From NCBI RefSeq assembly GCF_013122565.1, contig NZ_CP053258.1: a stretch of 64,000 bases of DNA; one strand, written 5' to 3'. This DNA comes from Escherichia coli. Lineage in GTDB: Bacteria; Pseudomonadota; Gammaproteobacteria; Enterobacterales; Enterobacteriaceae. Below are positions 40,879-53,951 of the stretch, one piece after another. Within the stretch, counting starts at the first letter, position 1. The number at the start of each line of letters is the position of its first letter. The notes beneath the pieces were generated by a model. The model ran no database searches. It was given only the letters and a program-made list of their open reading frames with translations, and had not been told where the DNA came from. A program made the translations under genes and the position numbers.

Positions 40879-43551
40879 CTACAGCAAGCTCTTGACATAA
40901 CTGTCAATGTCGCTGATGTATTTTTCTATTCCTGGAACATCCTTCTCACGAATCAGATGTTCCAGCGTTTCACATAACTGCTTGCCGGGTACCAGATTTA
41001 GCATGGCAAATACGCCTTTAAGACGATGAGCCGTTTGGGCTAACGCAGCAAAGTCACTGGTTGCTGCTTCAGTATACAGCCTCTTAACATCATCCGGTAC
41101 TGTGTCTACAAAGAGCGCATAATAGCCGCTGGCATGGAGTTGCGCATTTTCATCTCCGCCCAGAGGCGATTCTGTCACCTCTTCCTGCGCCAGTTGCACT
41201 TCAATTAATTGTAAGACCGCTTCCTGCATAGCGTTGCTCATATTGAAGTTGACGCACAATTGACCAGGCCCAATTTCCCGTACGCCAGACTCATCATCGC
41301 TTAAAAGCAAGCCAGAGGCAGTAAGATTAGACGGATTATCCGTTAAAAAGATATCATAATCTTGACTAATTAATCTTTCATCGGGTGTGATACAGGTTGC
41401 ACCCCAATTTTCTAACTGGCGAGTGACAATATTCCGAATTTCTGCCGAAGTAACATCCACCATTACGCAGACATCATCCAGTAAACGCTCTTCTTCCTCT
41501 TCAACTTCCGGGTCAGCTGCGAGCATTTTGATATGCACAGAGTAGCGTGTACCAAGCCCATCCCGCGTTTTGATGTTTAAATGACCGCCCAGTTTACGCG
41601 CCAGTTGATCGCTCAGCCAGAATGCCAGCGGGTCCGCCTTGCCATAGCGATCGTTTTGGGTCTGGTTGATAAACGGGAAGTGCAAATTATCCATTTCATG
41701 AATACTTACGCCTTCTCCCGTGTCCAGAATGCGGAACGTCAGGCGGTCTTCGGAGGACTCATCCTGATCAACCTCAAGGGTGATTTTTCCCAATTGCGTT
41801 GAGGTCACGGCATATTGCATCAGTAGCAGCAAAATACGTCGTAAGGCATCGCGATCGCCGCGGCGCATATCGTGTGCTTTCAGATGATTGTTAATCAGCA
41901 GTTGCAGACCTTTACGCTTGATGGCAGGCAACACTGAAGGCACAACTTCATCAATTAAATCCTGCACGGAGAACAGCACCGTCTCACTTTTCCAGCTATC
42001 GTCCGCAAGCATGTTCGCTAACTGTATTTCATCGACCAGCCGCACCAGCACATCTGCCTGATTCGCCAGTTGTTTGCTTTCCGGGGCGTTGAGTTTAGCC
42101 GCGCTCTCCGCCAGGGACTGTGCGGGTTCTTTCAGCGCATCGCCAATGTTTTTCATAAAGGTCATCCGCCCCTGCTGGTTTTTCTCATACAGACGCTGCG
42201 CCTGCTTGAGTTTCTTGTTTACCAGCACTTCGCGATCCTGATCGCGAATAATGAAAATTTGTGTGCGCGGCGCAACCTGGCTGCGGAACATGCGGATCTC
42301 ATACAGCTCGTTATTGATCGTCGCCTGAATAATCCCCTGATGCTGTTCCGCCATGGTGGTGATGTTTTGCAGATTCAAATGCGGCAGCAAATGATCGGCA
42401 ATTTTGTTACTTATGACAGTGCGGTTCGATTCCTGATCGTGAACCAGCAGGCCGAGCGGCAGCAGTGAGACTATCTCTTCATTAATTGCCCGTAAAATGC
42501 GCAATTCGTTATTGACCGCCGTGTTGGGTAGACTTTCTGTACTGCGACTGGAGAAATGGCGGAATGTGGTATAGCCAAATAACGCCAGCGCCAGCAAACC
42601 GATGTTCAGCAGCAGTGGCAGCAGAATGTTTTGCAACGTATCCAGCAATAAGGTGCCATAAGGAACCTGCCAGACCAGGCGCATATCGGTAGAGTTGAGT
42701 GCCGAGGAGATTTCAATCTTCGTACTGTTAAAGTGGATACTGACGCTATCCGTCCCTTCTTTCTCATTATCATTGTTTCCCGTTGCCGTCGCGTCTGGCT
42801 CAAGGCGGAAACTGTCCAGCGGCATACCCGGTGGGATCAAATCATTAATCGGCAGATCAAAAGCCACGACCGTTGCCAGATGTCCCGGCTGGTTGAACGT
42901 GGTACGCAAGGTAAAGTAATGACCGTTCTGCCAGGCCAGGCGGCGCATGTTAGAAAAACTTTCGCGTTCATCGAGGGCGTTGGCCTGTTGCAACATCTCT
43001 GCACGACGTGAATCAACAATGTCACTGACGGTCGATTCTTTAAATCCGGAGGTGAGATCTTTGAGGGGCAGGGTTGAGATCAGCACCAGACTGTTATCCT
43101 GACCATTCAGGTAATACATCGACCACGGTACATTTTCTGCGCCCCACAATGTATCCAGATAAGTGGACATCCGCTGAGTCATCTCAAGCGTTGAGTTGTC
43201 GTGAGAGCCAAAGATTAACGCTTCCGTTTTGCGACGCGGTTTTTCCAGATAGTAGACATCCTGTTTCAGGCGCGTCTCTTGTAAACCTTCGCCGGAGGAG
43301 GGGGAGGTCGTCGCGGCAATGTTGTCGTAGATCTGCCAGGTCACGTAACGCCAGGTATCGACGCGCTTTTGGATTGCGTGGGTAATGTCGACAATCTGGT
43401 AACTTTTATCTTTCAGCCAGGCGTTAACGGCGCTTTGTACCATTACACCCATCGTCACCAGTAACACAATGATCAACAGTAAAAAGAAGCGGGTAATGCT
43501 CCCCGGTAGGAGTGAAAAGCGGGTCGTGGCCGTTGTCTCTTTCTGACGCAT
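40879..43551 (-). CDS. rcsD: Rcs phosphotransfer protein (HPt)
   Basis: 890 aa; two N-terminal TM segments, degenerate kinase-like core, C-terminal HPt. Confidence 0.92.
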   Translation of the reverse strand: MRQKETTATTRFSLLPGSITRFFLLLIIVLLVTMGVMVQSAVNAWLKDKSYQIVDITHAIQKRVDTWRYVTWQIYDNIAATTSPSSGEGLQETRLKQDVYYLEKPRRKTEALIFGSHDNSTLEMTQRMSTYLDTLWGAENVPWSMYYLNGQDNSLVLISTLPLKDLTSGFKESTVSDIVDSRRAEMLQQANALDERESFSNMRRLAWQNGHYFTLRTTFNQPGHLATVVAFDLPINDLIPPGMPLDSFRLEPDATATGNNDNEKEGTDSVSIHFNSTKIEISSALNSTDMRLVWQVPYGTLLLDTLQNILLPLLLNIGLLALALFGYTTFRHFSSRSTESLPNTAVNNELRILRAINEEIVSLLPLGLLVHDQESNRTVISNKIADHLLPHLNLQNITTMAEQHQGIIQATINNELYEIRMFRSQVAPRTQIFIIRDQDREVLVNKKLKQAQRLYEKNQQGRMTFMKNIGDALKEPAQSLAESAAKLNAPESKQLANQADVLVRLVDEIQLANMLADDSWKSETVLFSVQDLIDEVVPSVLPAIKRKGLQLLINNHLKAHDMRRGDRDALRRILLLLMQYAVTSTQLGKITLEVDQDESSEDRLTFRILDTGEGVSIHEMDNLHFPFINQTQNDRYGKADPLAFWLSDQLARKLGGHLNIKTRDGLGTRYSVHIKMLAADPEVEEEEERLLDDVCVMVDVTSAEIRNIVTRQLENWGATCITPDERLISQDYDIFLTDNPSNLTASGLLLSDDESGVREIGPGQLCVNFNMSNAMQEAVLQLIEVQLAQEEVTESPLGGDENAQLHASGYYALFVDTVPDDVKRLYTEAATSDFAALAQTAHRLKGVFAMLNLVPGKQLCETLEHLIREKDVPGIEKYISDIDSYVKSLL

Positions 43552-43863
43552 TCGTGTTTATGACCTGTTAAAACTTCGCGAAGTGATAGGGCAGTATAAA
43601 GGGTACAGTGTGAAATTCCAGACTCTTACCTGATTGATGATTCTCTATTCTCCCGTGATATTTAACATCCTGTATGGGGGGAAATAGATGTACAAGCGCC
43701 ATTTTGCTGTACAAATAACCTACGAAAAGCCCAACGAAATAAATTGCAAATAAACGAAGATTGCTGGAAATTATGCTGATGTTAATTATTTGTGAAATAG
43801 TTAACAAGCGTTATAGTTTTTCTGTGGTAGCACAGAATAATGAAAAGTGTGTAAAGAAGGGTA

Positions 43864-43956
43864 AAAAAAAACCGGATGCGAGGCATCCGGTTGAAATAGG
43901 GGTAAACAGACATTCAGAAATGAATGACGGTAATAAATAAAGTTAATGATGATAGC
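43864..43956 (-). ncRNA. micF: MicF antisense sRNA
   Basis: Minus strand reads gctatcatcattaactttatttattaccgtcattcatttctgaatgtctgtttacccc...aaccggatgcctcgcatccggtttttttt, the MicF sequence with its terminator hairpin, divergent from ompC. Confidence 0.85.
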
Positions 43957-44111
43957 GGGAGTTATTCTAGTTGCGAGTGAAGGTTTTGTTTTGACATTCA
44001 GTGCTGTCAAATACTTAAGAATAAGTTATTGATTTTAACCTTGAATTATTATTGCTTGATGTTAGGTGCTTATTTCGCCATTCCACAATAATCTTAAAAA
44101 GTTCCCTTGAA

Positions 44112-44171
44112 TTTACATTTTGAAACATCTATAGCGATAAATGAAACATCTTAAAAGTTTTAGTATCATAT
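44112..44171 (+). promoter_or_regulatory. OmpR-binding region (C1-C3) of the ompC promoter
   Basis: tttacattttgaaacatcta / tagcgataaatgaaacatct / taaaagttttagtatcatat, matching the ompC upstream repeats as I recall. Confidence 0.65.
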
Positions 44172-44275
44172 TCGTGTTGGATTATTCTGCATTTTTGGGG
44201 AGAATGGACTTGCCGACTGATTAATGAGGGTTAATCAGTATGCAGTGGCATAAAAAAGCAAATAAAGGCATATAA

Positions 44276-45394
<1,119 letters not shown>

Positions 45395-45412
45395 TCTCGA
45401 TTGATATCGAAC

Positions 45413-45436
45413 AAAGGGCCTGCGGGCCCTTTTTTC
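45413..45436 (+). terminator. Rho-independent terminator of ompC
   Basis: aaagggcc-tgcg-ggcccttttttt. Confidence 0.8.
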
Positions 45437-45505
45437 ATTGTTTTCAGCGTACAAACACAGTTTTTTGGTGTACTCTTGCGACCGTTCGCATGAGGATAAT
45501 CACGT

Positions 45506-46561
45506 ATGGAAATAAGCTTTACCCGCGTGGCACTGCTGGCTGCCGCGCTCTTCTTTGTTGGTTGCGATCAAAAACCACAACCCGCCAAAACCCACGCTAC
45601 TGAAGTTACCGTTCTTGAAGGCAAAACTATGGGTACCTTCTGGCGTGCCAGCATCCCGGGCATTGACGCCAAACGCAGCGCCGAACTTAAAGAAAAGATT
45701 CAGACCCAGCTGGACGCCGACGATCAGCTGCTTTCGACCTATAAAAAAGATTCCGCGCTGATGCGCTTTAACGACTCGCAAAGTTTGTCGCCGTGGCCGG
45801 TAAGTGAAGCGATGGCCGATATCGTCACCACCTCGCTGCGCATTGGCGCAAGGACCGATGGTGCGATGGATATAACCGTCGGGCCGCTGGTGAATCTGTG
45901 GGGCTTTGGCCCGGAACAACAGCCGGTTCAAATTCCGAGCCAGGAACAGATCGATGCGATGAAAGCCAAAACTGGTTTACAGCACCTGACGGTCATTAAT
46001 CAGTCGCATCAGCAATATCTGCAAAAAGACCTACCGGATTTATATGTCGATCTCTCCACCGTCGGTGAAGGTTATGCGGCGGATCACCTGGCACGCTTGA
46101 TGGAGCAGGAAGGAATTTCACGTTATCTGGTGTCAGTTGGTGGTGCTCTGGATAGCCGTGGTATGAACGGTGAAGGCCAGCCGTGGCGGGTAGCGATTCA
46201 AAAACCAACCGATAAAGAAAACGCGGTTCAGGCTGTGGTGGATATCAACGGTCATGGGATTAGCACCTCTGGCAGCTACCGTAACTATTACGAACTGGAC
46301 GGCAAACGTCTTTCCCATGTTATCGATCCGCAAACCGGGCGTCCCATCGAACACAATCTGGTATCCGTGACGGTGATTGCTCCGACGGCGCTGGAAGCCG
46401 ATGCCTGGGATACTGGCTTGATGGTACTCGGGCCGGAGAAAGCCAAAGAGGTTGTTCGCCGGGAAGGGCTGGCGGTTTATATGATCACCAAAGAAGGTGA
46501 TAGCTTTAAAACCTGGATGTCACCACAGTTTAAAAGCTTCCTGGTCAGCGAAAAAAATTAA
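45506..46561 (+). CDS. apbE: FAD:protein FMN transferase (lipoprotein)
   Basis: 351 aa; lipobox FFVGC near N-terminus. Confidence 0.9.
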   Translation: MEISFTRVALLAAALFFVGCDQKPQPAKTHATEVTVLEGKTMGTFWRASIPGIDAKRSAELKEKIQTQLDADDQLLSTYKKDSALMRFNDSQSLSPWPVSEAMADIVTTSLRIGARTDGAMDITVGPLVNLWGFGPEQQPVQIPSQEQIDAMKAKTGLQHLTVINQSHQQYLQKDLPDLYVDLSTVGEGYAADHLARLMEQEGISRYLVSVGGALDSRGMNGEGQPWRVAIQKPTDKENAVQAVVDINGHGISTSGSYRNYYELDGKRLSHVIDPQTGRPIEHNLVSVTVIAPTALEADAWDTGLMVLGPEKAKEVVRREGLAVYMITKEGDSFKTWMSPQFKSFLVSEKN

Positions 46562-46568
46562 TGCGCAA
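46551..46568 (+). promoter_or_regulatory. Ada-box-like element of the ada promoter
   Basis: aaaaaaattaatgcgcaa (AAAT...GCAA) about 70 bp upstream of ada, overlapping the apbE stop. Confidence 0.5.
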
Positions 46569-46634
46569 GATTGTTGGTTTTTGCGTGATGGTGACCGGGC
46601 AGACTAAAGGCTATCCTTAACCAGGGAGCTGATT

Positions 46635-47699
46635 ATGAAAAACGCCACATGCTTAACTGACGATCAACGCTGGCAATCTGTCTTAGCCCGCGACCCGAAT
46701 GCCGACGGCGAATTCGTTTTCGCCGTGCGCACCACGGGTATCTTTTGCCGTCCGTCTTGCCGCGCCAGACATGCCTTGCGGGAAAACGTCTCCTTCTACG
46801 CAAATGCCAGCGAGGCACTCGCCGCTGGCTTTCGCCCCTGCAAACGTTGTCAGCCAGACAAAGCCAATCCCCGGCAACATCGCCTTGATAAAATTACCCA
46901 CGCCTGCCGACTTCTGGAACAGGAAACGCATGTAACGCTGGAAACCTTAGCCGACCAGGTGGCGATGAGCCCGTTCCATCTGCATCGGTTGTTTAAAGCG
47001 ACTACCGGAATGACGCCTAAAGCCTGGCAACAGGCCTGGCGCGCTCGCCGTTTGCGCGAATCGCTGGCGAAAGGGGAGAGCGTGACGACGTCTATTCTTA
47101 ACGCCGGATTCCCCGACATCAGCAGTTACTACCGCAAAGCTGACGAAACGCTGGGCATGACGGCTAAACAATTCCGTCACGGTGGCGAAAATCTGGCGGT
47201 GCGTTACGCGCTGGCTGATTGTGAGCTGGGTCGTTGCCTGGTGGCAGAAAGCGAGCGGGGGATTTGCGCGATATTGCTGGGCGATGATGACGCGACATTA
47301 ATCAGCGAGTTGCAGCAGATGTTTCCCGCTGCCGACAGCGCGCCTGCCGATCTGACGTTTCAGCAACATGTGCGTGACGTGATCGCCAGCCTCAATCAAC
47401 GCGATACGCCGCTGACGTTACCGCTGGACATTCGCGGCACTGCTTTTCAGCAACAAGTCTGGCAGGCACTGCGCACGATACCTTGCGGTGAAACCGTCAG
47501 TTATCAGCAACTGGCGAACGCCATCGGCAAACCGAAAGCGGTACGGGCCGTTGCCAGCGCCTGTGCCGCCAACAAGCTGGCTATCGTAATACCCTGTCAT
47601 CGAGTGGTCCGTGGTGATGGCACTCTTTCTGGTTACCGCTGGGGCGTGTCGCGTAAAGCACAACTGCTGCGCCGCGAAGCTGAAAATGAGGAGAGGTAA
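46635..47699 (+). CDS. ada: Bifunctional transcriptional activator / O6-methylguanine-DNA methyltransferase
   Basis: 354 aa; N-terminal Cys cluster (FCRPSCRAR), AraC-type HTH, C-terminal PCHRV active site. Confidence 0.95.
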   Translation: MKNATCLTDDQRWQSVLARDPNADGEFVFAVRTTGIFCRPSCRARHALRENVSFYANASEALAAGFRPCKRCQPDKANPRQHRLDKITHACRLLEQETHVTLETLADQVAMSPFHLHRLFKATTGMTPKAWQQAWRARRLRESLAKGESVTTSILNAGFPDISSYYRKADETLGMTAKQFRHGGENLAVRYALADCELGRCLVAESERGICAILLGDDDATLISELQQMFPAADSAPADLTFQQHVRDVIASLNQRDTPLTLPLDIRGTAFQQQVWQALRTIPCGETVSYQQLANAIGKPKAVRAVASACAANKLAIVIPCHRVVRGDGTLSGYRWGVSRKAQLLRREAENEER

Positions 47700-48349
47700 T
47701 GTTGGATCTGTTTGCCGATGCTGAACCGTGGCAAGAGCCTCTGGCGGCTGGTGCGGTAATTTTACGGCGTTTTGCTTTTAACGCTGCGGAGCAACTAATC
47801 CGCGATATTAATGACGTTGCCAGCCAGTCGCCGTTTCGCCAGATGGTCACTCCAGGCGGATATACCATGTCGGTGGCGATGACCAACTGCGGGCATCTGG
47901 GCTGGACGACCCATCGGCAAGGTTATCTCTATTCGCCCATTGATCCGCAAACAAATAAACCGTGGCCCGCCATGCCACAAAGCTTTCATGATTTATGCCA
48001 ACGTGCGGCTACGGCGGCGGGCTATCCAGATTTCCAGCCAGATGCTTGTCTTATCAACCGCTACGCTCCTGGCGCGAAACTGTCGCTGCATCAGGATAAA
48101 GACGAACCGGATCTGCGCGCGCCAATTGTTTCTGTTTCTCTGGGCTTACCCGCGATTTTTCAATTTGGCGGCCTGAAACGAAATGATCCGCTAAAAAGAT
48201 TGTTGTTGGAACATGGCGATGTGGTGGTATGGGGCGGTGAATCGCGGCTGTTTTATCACGGCATTCAACCGCTGAAAGCGGGGTTTCATCCACTCACCGG
48301 CGACTGCCGCTACAACCTGACATTCCGGCAGGCAGGTAAAAAAGAATAA
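47699..48349 (+). CDS. alkB: Fe(II)/2-oxoglutarate-dependent DNA/RNA demethylase
   Basis: 216 aa; HxD...H motif (HQDKDE); start overlaps ada stop by 1 nt. Confidence 0.95.
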   Translation: MLDLFADAEPWQEPLAAGAVILRRFAFNAAEQLIRDINDVASQSPFRQMVTPGGYTMSVAMTNCGHLGWTTHRQGYLYSPIDPQTNKPWPAMPQSFHDLCQRAATAAGYPDFQPDACLINRYAPGAKLSLHQDKDEPDLRAPIVSVSLGLPAIFQFGGLKRNDPLKRLLLEHGDVVVWGGESRLFYHGIQPLKAGFHPLTGDCRYNLTFRQAGKKE

Positions 48350-48424
48350 AAATAAGAATTATTATTGCTGTGCGCGCGAAGATGTTTAAACTGCGGGCTG
48401 TAATTCATTGTCCGGGTTTTCTGC

Positions 48425-50068
48425 ATGGAACTTCTTGTACTTGTCTGGCGGCAGTATCGCTGGCCATTTATCAGTGTGATGGCGCTAAGCCTCGCCAGTG
48501 CGGCTTTAGGCATTGGCTTAATTGCTTTTATCAATCAGCGCCTTATCGAAACGGCGGATACCAGTCTGCTGGTGTTGCCGGAGTTTCTGGGATTATTGCT
48601 GCTGTTGATGGCCGTCACTCTCGGATCGCAACTGGCGCTCACCACTTTGGGGCATCACTTCGTTTACCGACTGCGTAGTGAATTTATCAAGCGGATTCTG
48701 GATACCCACGTCGAACGCATTGAACAACTCGGTAGCGCCTCGTTGTTGGCGGGGTTAACCAGCGATGTGCGCAATATCACCATTGCTTTTGTGCGTCTGC
48801 CGGAACTGGTGCAGGGGATCATTCTCACTATCGGTTCCGCGGCGTATCTGTGGATGCTGTCGGGCAAAATGTTGCTGGTAACGGCTATCTGGATGGCGAT
48901 CACCATCTGGGGTGGTTTTGTACTGGTGGCGCGGGTGTACAAACATATGGCGACCCTGCGTGAAACCGAAGACAAGCTGTACACGGATTTTCAAACCGTA
49001 CTCGAAGGGCGCAAAGAGCTGACTCTGAACCGGGAACGCGCCGAGTATGTGTTTAACAACCTCTACATTCCTGATGCGCAAGAGTATCGCCATCATATTA
49101 TCCGCGCAGACACCTTCCATCTTAGTGCCGTGAACTGGTCAAACATCATGATGCTGGGCGCTATCGGCCTGGTGTTCTGGATGGCGAACAGTCTCGGTTG
49201 GGCTGATACCAACGTTGCTGCGACCTATTCGTTGACGCTGTTATTCCTGCGTACGCCGCTGCTTTCGGCGGTTGGCGCATTGCCGACGCTGCTGACGGCG
49301 CAGGTGGCGTTTAACAAGCTGAACAAATTCGCGCTCGCGCCTTTCAAAGCGGAATTTCCGCGTCCGCAGGCGTTTCCCAACTGGCAAACACTGGAATTGC
49401 GTAACGTGACGTTTAGCTATCAGGATAACGCGTTTTCCGTTGGGCCGATTAACCTCACCATCAAACGTGGCGAACTGCTGTTTCTGATTGGCGGCAACGG
49501 TAGCGGAAAATCGACGCTGGCGATGTTGTTGACGGGCTTGTATCAGCCGCAAAGCGGCGAAATCTTGCTGGATGGCAAACCTGTCAGCGGCGAACAACCG
49601 GAAGATTATCGCAAATTGTTTTCGGCAGTGTTTACCGATGTCTGGCTGTTTGATCAACTGCTGGGGCCGGAGGGGCAACCCGCTAACCCGCAACTGGTTG
49701 AGAAGTGGCTGGCGCAGCTGAAAATGGCTCATAAGCTTGAGTTAAGTAACGGGCGTATTGTTAACCTGAAGTTATCGAAAGGGCAGAAAAAACGCGTGGC
49801 GCTGTTGCTGGCGCTGGCAGAAGAACGCGATATTATCCTGCTGGATGAATGGGCGGCGGATCAGGACCCACACTTCCGTCGTGAGTTTTATCAGGTGTTG
49901 CTGCCGCTGATGCAGGAGATGGGTAAAACTATTTTCGCCATCAGTCATGATGATCATTACTTTATCCACGCCGACCGCCTGCTGGAAATGCGCAACGGGC
50001 AACTTAGCGAGCTGACGGGCGAAGAGCGCGATGCCGCTTCGCGTGATGCCGTTGCCCGGACGGCATAA
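48425..50068 (+). CDS. yojI: ABC exporter, fused TMD-NBD (microcin J25 efflux type)
   Basis: 547 aa; N-terminal TM domain; Walker [10 protein letters not shown]. Confidence 0.9.
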   Translation: MELLVLVWRQYRWPFISVMALSLASAALGIGLIAFINQRLIETADTSLLVLPEFLGLLLLLMAVTLGSQLALTTLGHHFVYRLRSEFIKRILDTHVERIEQLGSASLLAGLTSDVRNITIAFVRLPELVQGIILTIGSAAYLWMLSGKMLLVTAIWMAITIWGGFVLVARVYKHMATLRETEDKLYTDFQTVLEGRKELTLNRERAEYVFNNLYIPDAQEYRHHIIRADTFHLSAVNWSNIMMLGAIGLVFWMANSLGWADTNVAATYSLTLLFLRTPLLSAVGALPTLLTAQVAFNKLNKFALAPFKAEFPRPQAFPNWQTLELRNVTFSYQDNAFSVGPINLTIKRGELLFLIGGNGSGKSTLAMLLTGLYQPQSGEILLDGKPVSGEQPEDYRKLFSAVFTDVWLFDQLLGPEGQPANPQLVEKWLAQLKMAHKLELSNGRIVNLKLSKGQKKRVALLLALAEERDIILLDEWAADQDPHFRREFYQVLLPLMQEMGKTIFAISHDDHYFIHADRLLEMRNGQLSELTGEERDAASRDAVARTA

Positions 50069-50273
50069 TATTACGACGCTGACCTGGCGGACTGCTGCCG
50101 CCAGGTCAATATGCTAAAAATCCCTTCATTTCTAATAACCCTATAATTAATCAACGAAATTATAATGTTTCTAAAATTAGAATATAATTTATAAACATTA
50201 TTTAAATGTTGTTACTTAAGTGTTACCGTTGATGCCGCGCAAATCTCACCTGCAATAAAGCGACTAAAAGTAA

Positions 50274-51932
<1,659 letters not shown>

Positions 51933-51938
51933 TGATGT

Positions 51939-51969
51939 GCCACATCCGGCATGGTATGCCGGATGTGGC
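51939..51969 (+). other. 14-bp perfect-stem hairpin immediately 3' of mqo
   Basis: gccacatccggcat-ggt-atgccggatgtggc. Confidence 0.6.
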
Positions 51970-51974
51970 GTATG

Positions 51975-52313
51975 CTGATAAGACGCGCCAGCGTCGCATC
52001 AGGCAACCGGCTTGGGTGTTAGATGTCGGATGCGGCGTAACCGACTTATTCGACCTACGGGGTGGAGCACTTCACAGCGGTGTAGGCCTGATAAGACGCG
52101 TCAGCGTCGCATCAGGCAACCGGCTCGGACGTTGGATGTCGGATGCGGCGTAACCGCCTTATCCGACCTACGGGGTGGAGCACTTCACAGCGGTGTAGGC
52201 CTGATAACACGCGTCAGCGTCGCATCAGGCAACCGGCTCGGGCGTTAGATGTCGGATGCGGCGTGACCGCTTTATCCAACCTACGGGGTGCCGCACTTCA
52301 CGGCAGTTTAGCG
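51975..52313. repeat. BIME array: three tandem ~113-bp REP-containing units
   Basis: Units start at 51975, 52088 and 52201; the third overlaps the eco stop codon. Confidence 0.8.
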
Positions 52314-52796
52314 AACTACTGCGTTGTCAATTTTCTCTTCCGCCTTCCAGACGCGGTACTTCACATCCACATTGTCTGGCGTATACACCACGATCGGCAG
52401 CTTGCTGTTGTAACGCAGCATTCCGGCATCGCCCAGATACGCGGTGACAAATTTCCTCTCTTTCTTGCCATCCGGGCAGGCCATCATCGTGGAAACCGGC
52501 GAGCTACCTTTATCAAAGACATAATAATCATAGCCCCAGCCTTCCAGCGTTTTGCTTTCCAGCTTCCCGCCGAGACGATGCAAATTACAATCGACTTCCA
52601 GCGTCTGACCGATTAACAGTTCTACTTTCAGGGTAGATTCATCTTCTTGCGGGGTTAACTGAATCACCTGACGCTTCATGCCTTTTTCAGCTTGTGGATA
52701 AGGCGCGATTTTTTCCAGTGGCTGGACGCTCTCTGCCGCCCAGGCGGAAGTGGTGGCGAAAGCGGCAAACAATACTGCAGGTAGAATGGTCTTCAT
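52308..52796 (-). CDS. eco: Ecotin, periplasmic serine-protease inhibitor
   Basis: 162 aa from ATG 52796 ([20 protein letters not shown] signal peptide). Confidence 0.92.
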   Translation of the reverse strand: MKTILPAVLFAAFATTSAWAAESVQPLEKIAPYPQAEKGMKRQVIQLTPQEDESTLKVELLIGQTLEVDCNLHRLGGKLESKTLEGWGYDYYVFDKGSSPVSTMMACPDGKKERKFVTAYLGDAGMLRYNSKLPIVVYTPDNVDVKYRVWKAEEKIDNAVVR

Positions 52797-53055
52797 TTTT
52801 TTGCTTTCCTTCTTCATTTATAGGTTTTCACCGATGATGTCGCTGAAGGTTAACATATTCATCAGATTTATTAATTTGCTTTATGAATAACTTAAAGAAT
52901 ATTCAGACAATTTTACCTGCTCTTTTAGTGTTAAATTCTGATGAGAGAACAAACCAGCAGAAATATCTCTGGTGAATTAATCGCTATATAAATATGTTTA
53001 TAACCATTAGAAATGTGAGCAAAAGCCCGTTTTTGCCACGCTTCCCGCCACTCTT

Positions 53056-53090
53056 TTGATCCTGCTACAGGTTTTACCCCGATCGGGGTA
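53056..53090 (+). promoter_or_regulatory. napF control region: FNR-like half-site plus perfect NarP/NarL 7-2-7 palindrome
   Basis: ttgatcctgctaca (53056-53069) and taccccgatcggggta (53075-53090), centres 20 bp apart. Confidence 0.6.
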
Positions 53091-53203
53091 TGCACCTTTG
53101 ACACAACCTTTTATATCTTAGCGGCCATAAAAATAGCTTATTAGTTGTGTGGTTTATTTGCTCGCTCTCAATTTTCAGAGCGCGTTAATGATGGAAGGTC
53201 AAT

Positions 53204-53698
53204 GTGAAGATTGATGCATCCCGTCGGGGCATACTCACTGGTCGCTGGCGCAAAGCCAGTAACGGTATCCGTCCGCCCTGGTCCGGTGATGAATCTCATT
53301 TTCTGACCCATTGCACCCGCTGCGACGCCTGTATTAATGCTTGTGAAAACAACATTCTGCAACGCGGCGCGGGTGGCTATCCGAGCGTTAATTTCAAAAA
53401 TAACGAGTGCAGCTTCTGTTACGCCTGCGCGCAGGCTTGCCCCGAATCGCTATTTTCTCCGCGCCACACCAGGGCCTGGGATTTGCAGTTCACCATTGGG
53501 GACGCGTGCCTGGCGTATCAGTCAGTTGAATGCCGCCGCTGTCAGGATAGCTGTGAGCCAATGGCAATTATCTTTCGCCCGACGCTCTCCGGGATCTACC
53601 AGCCGCAACTTAATAGCCAACTTTGCAACGGATGTGGAGCATGTGCAGCCAGCTGTCCGGTATCAGCCATAACTGCGGAGTATCTCCATGCACACTAA
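53204..53698 (+). CDS. napF: Ferredoxin-type protein NapF
   Basis: 164 aa; several Cys clusters; GTG start with GGAAGG SD. Confidence 0.9.
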   Translation: MKIDASRRGILTGRWRKASNGIRPPWSGDESHFLTHCTRCDACINACENNILQRGAGGYPSVNFKNNECSFCYACAQACPESLFSPRHTRAWDLQFTIGDACLAYQSVECRRCQDSCEPMAIIFRPTLSGIYQPQLNSQLCNGCGACAASCPVSAITAEYLHAH

Positions 53699-53951
53699 CT
53701 GGCAAGTTTGCAGCCTGGTCGTGCAGGCCAAAAGCGAACGAATTTCAGACATCAGCACCCAACTGAACGCCTTTCCCGGCTGTGAAGTTGCTGTCAGCGA
53801 CGCGCCAAGCGGTCAGTTGATTGTGGTGGTGGAAGCAGAAGACAGCGAAACGCTGATCCAAACCATTGAGTCAGTACGCAACGTAGAGGGCGTGCTGGCG
53901 GTGTCGCTGGTTTATCACCAGCAGGAAGAGCAAGGTGAGGAAACACCATGA
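53688..53951 (+). CDS. napD: NapA chaperone NapD
   Basis: 87 aa; overlaps napF and napA. Confidence 0.9.
   Translation: MHTNWQVCSLVVQAKSERISDISTQLNAFPGCEVAVSDAPSGQLIVVVEAEDSETLIQTIESVRNVEGVLAVSLVYHQQEEQGEETP

Noticed and set aside
51975-52313. Possible CRISPR array suggested by regularly spaced repeats
   Set aside because: Units are contiguous ~113-bp tandem copies with no unique spacers, the repeats are REP-type palindromes, and there are no cas genes nearby
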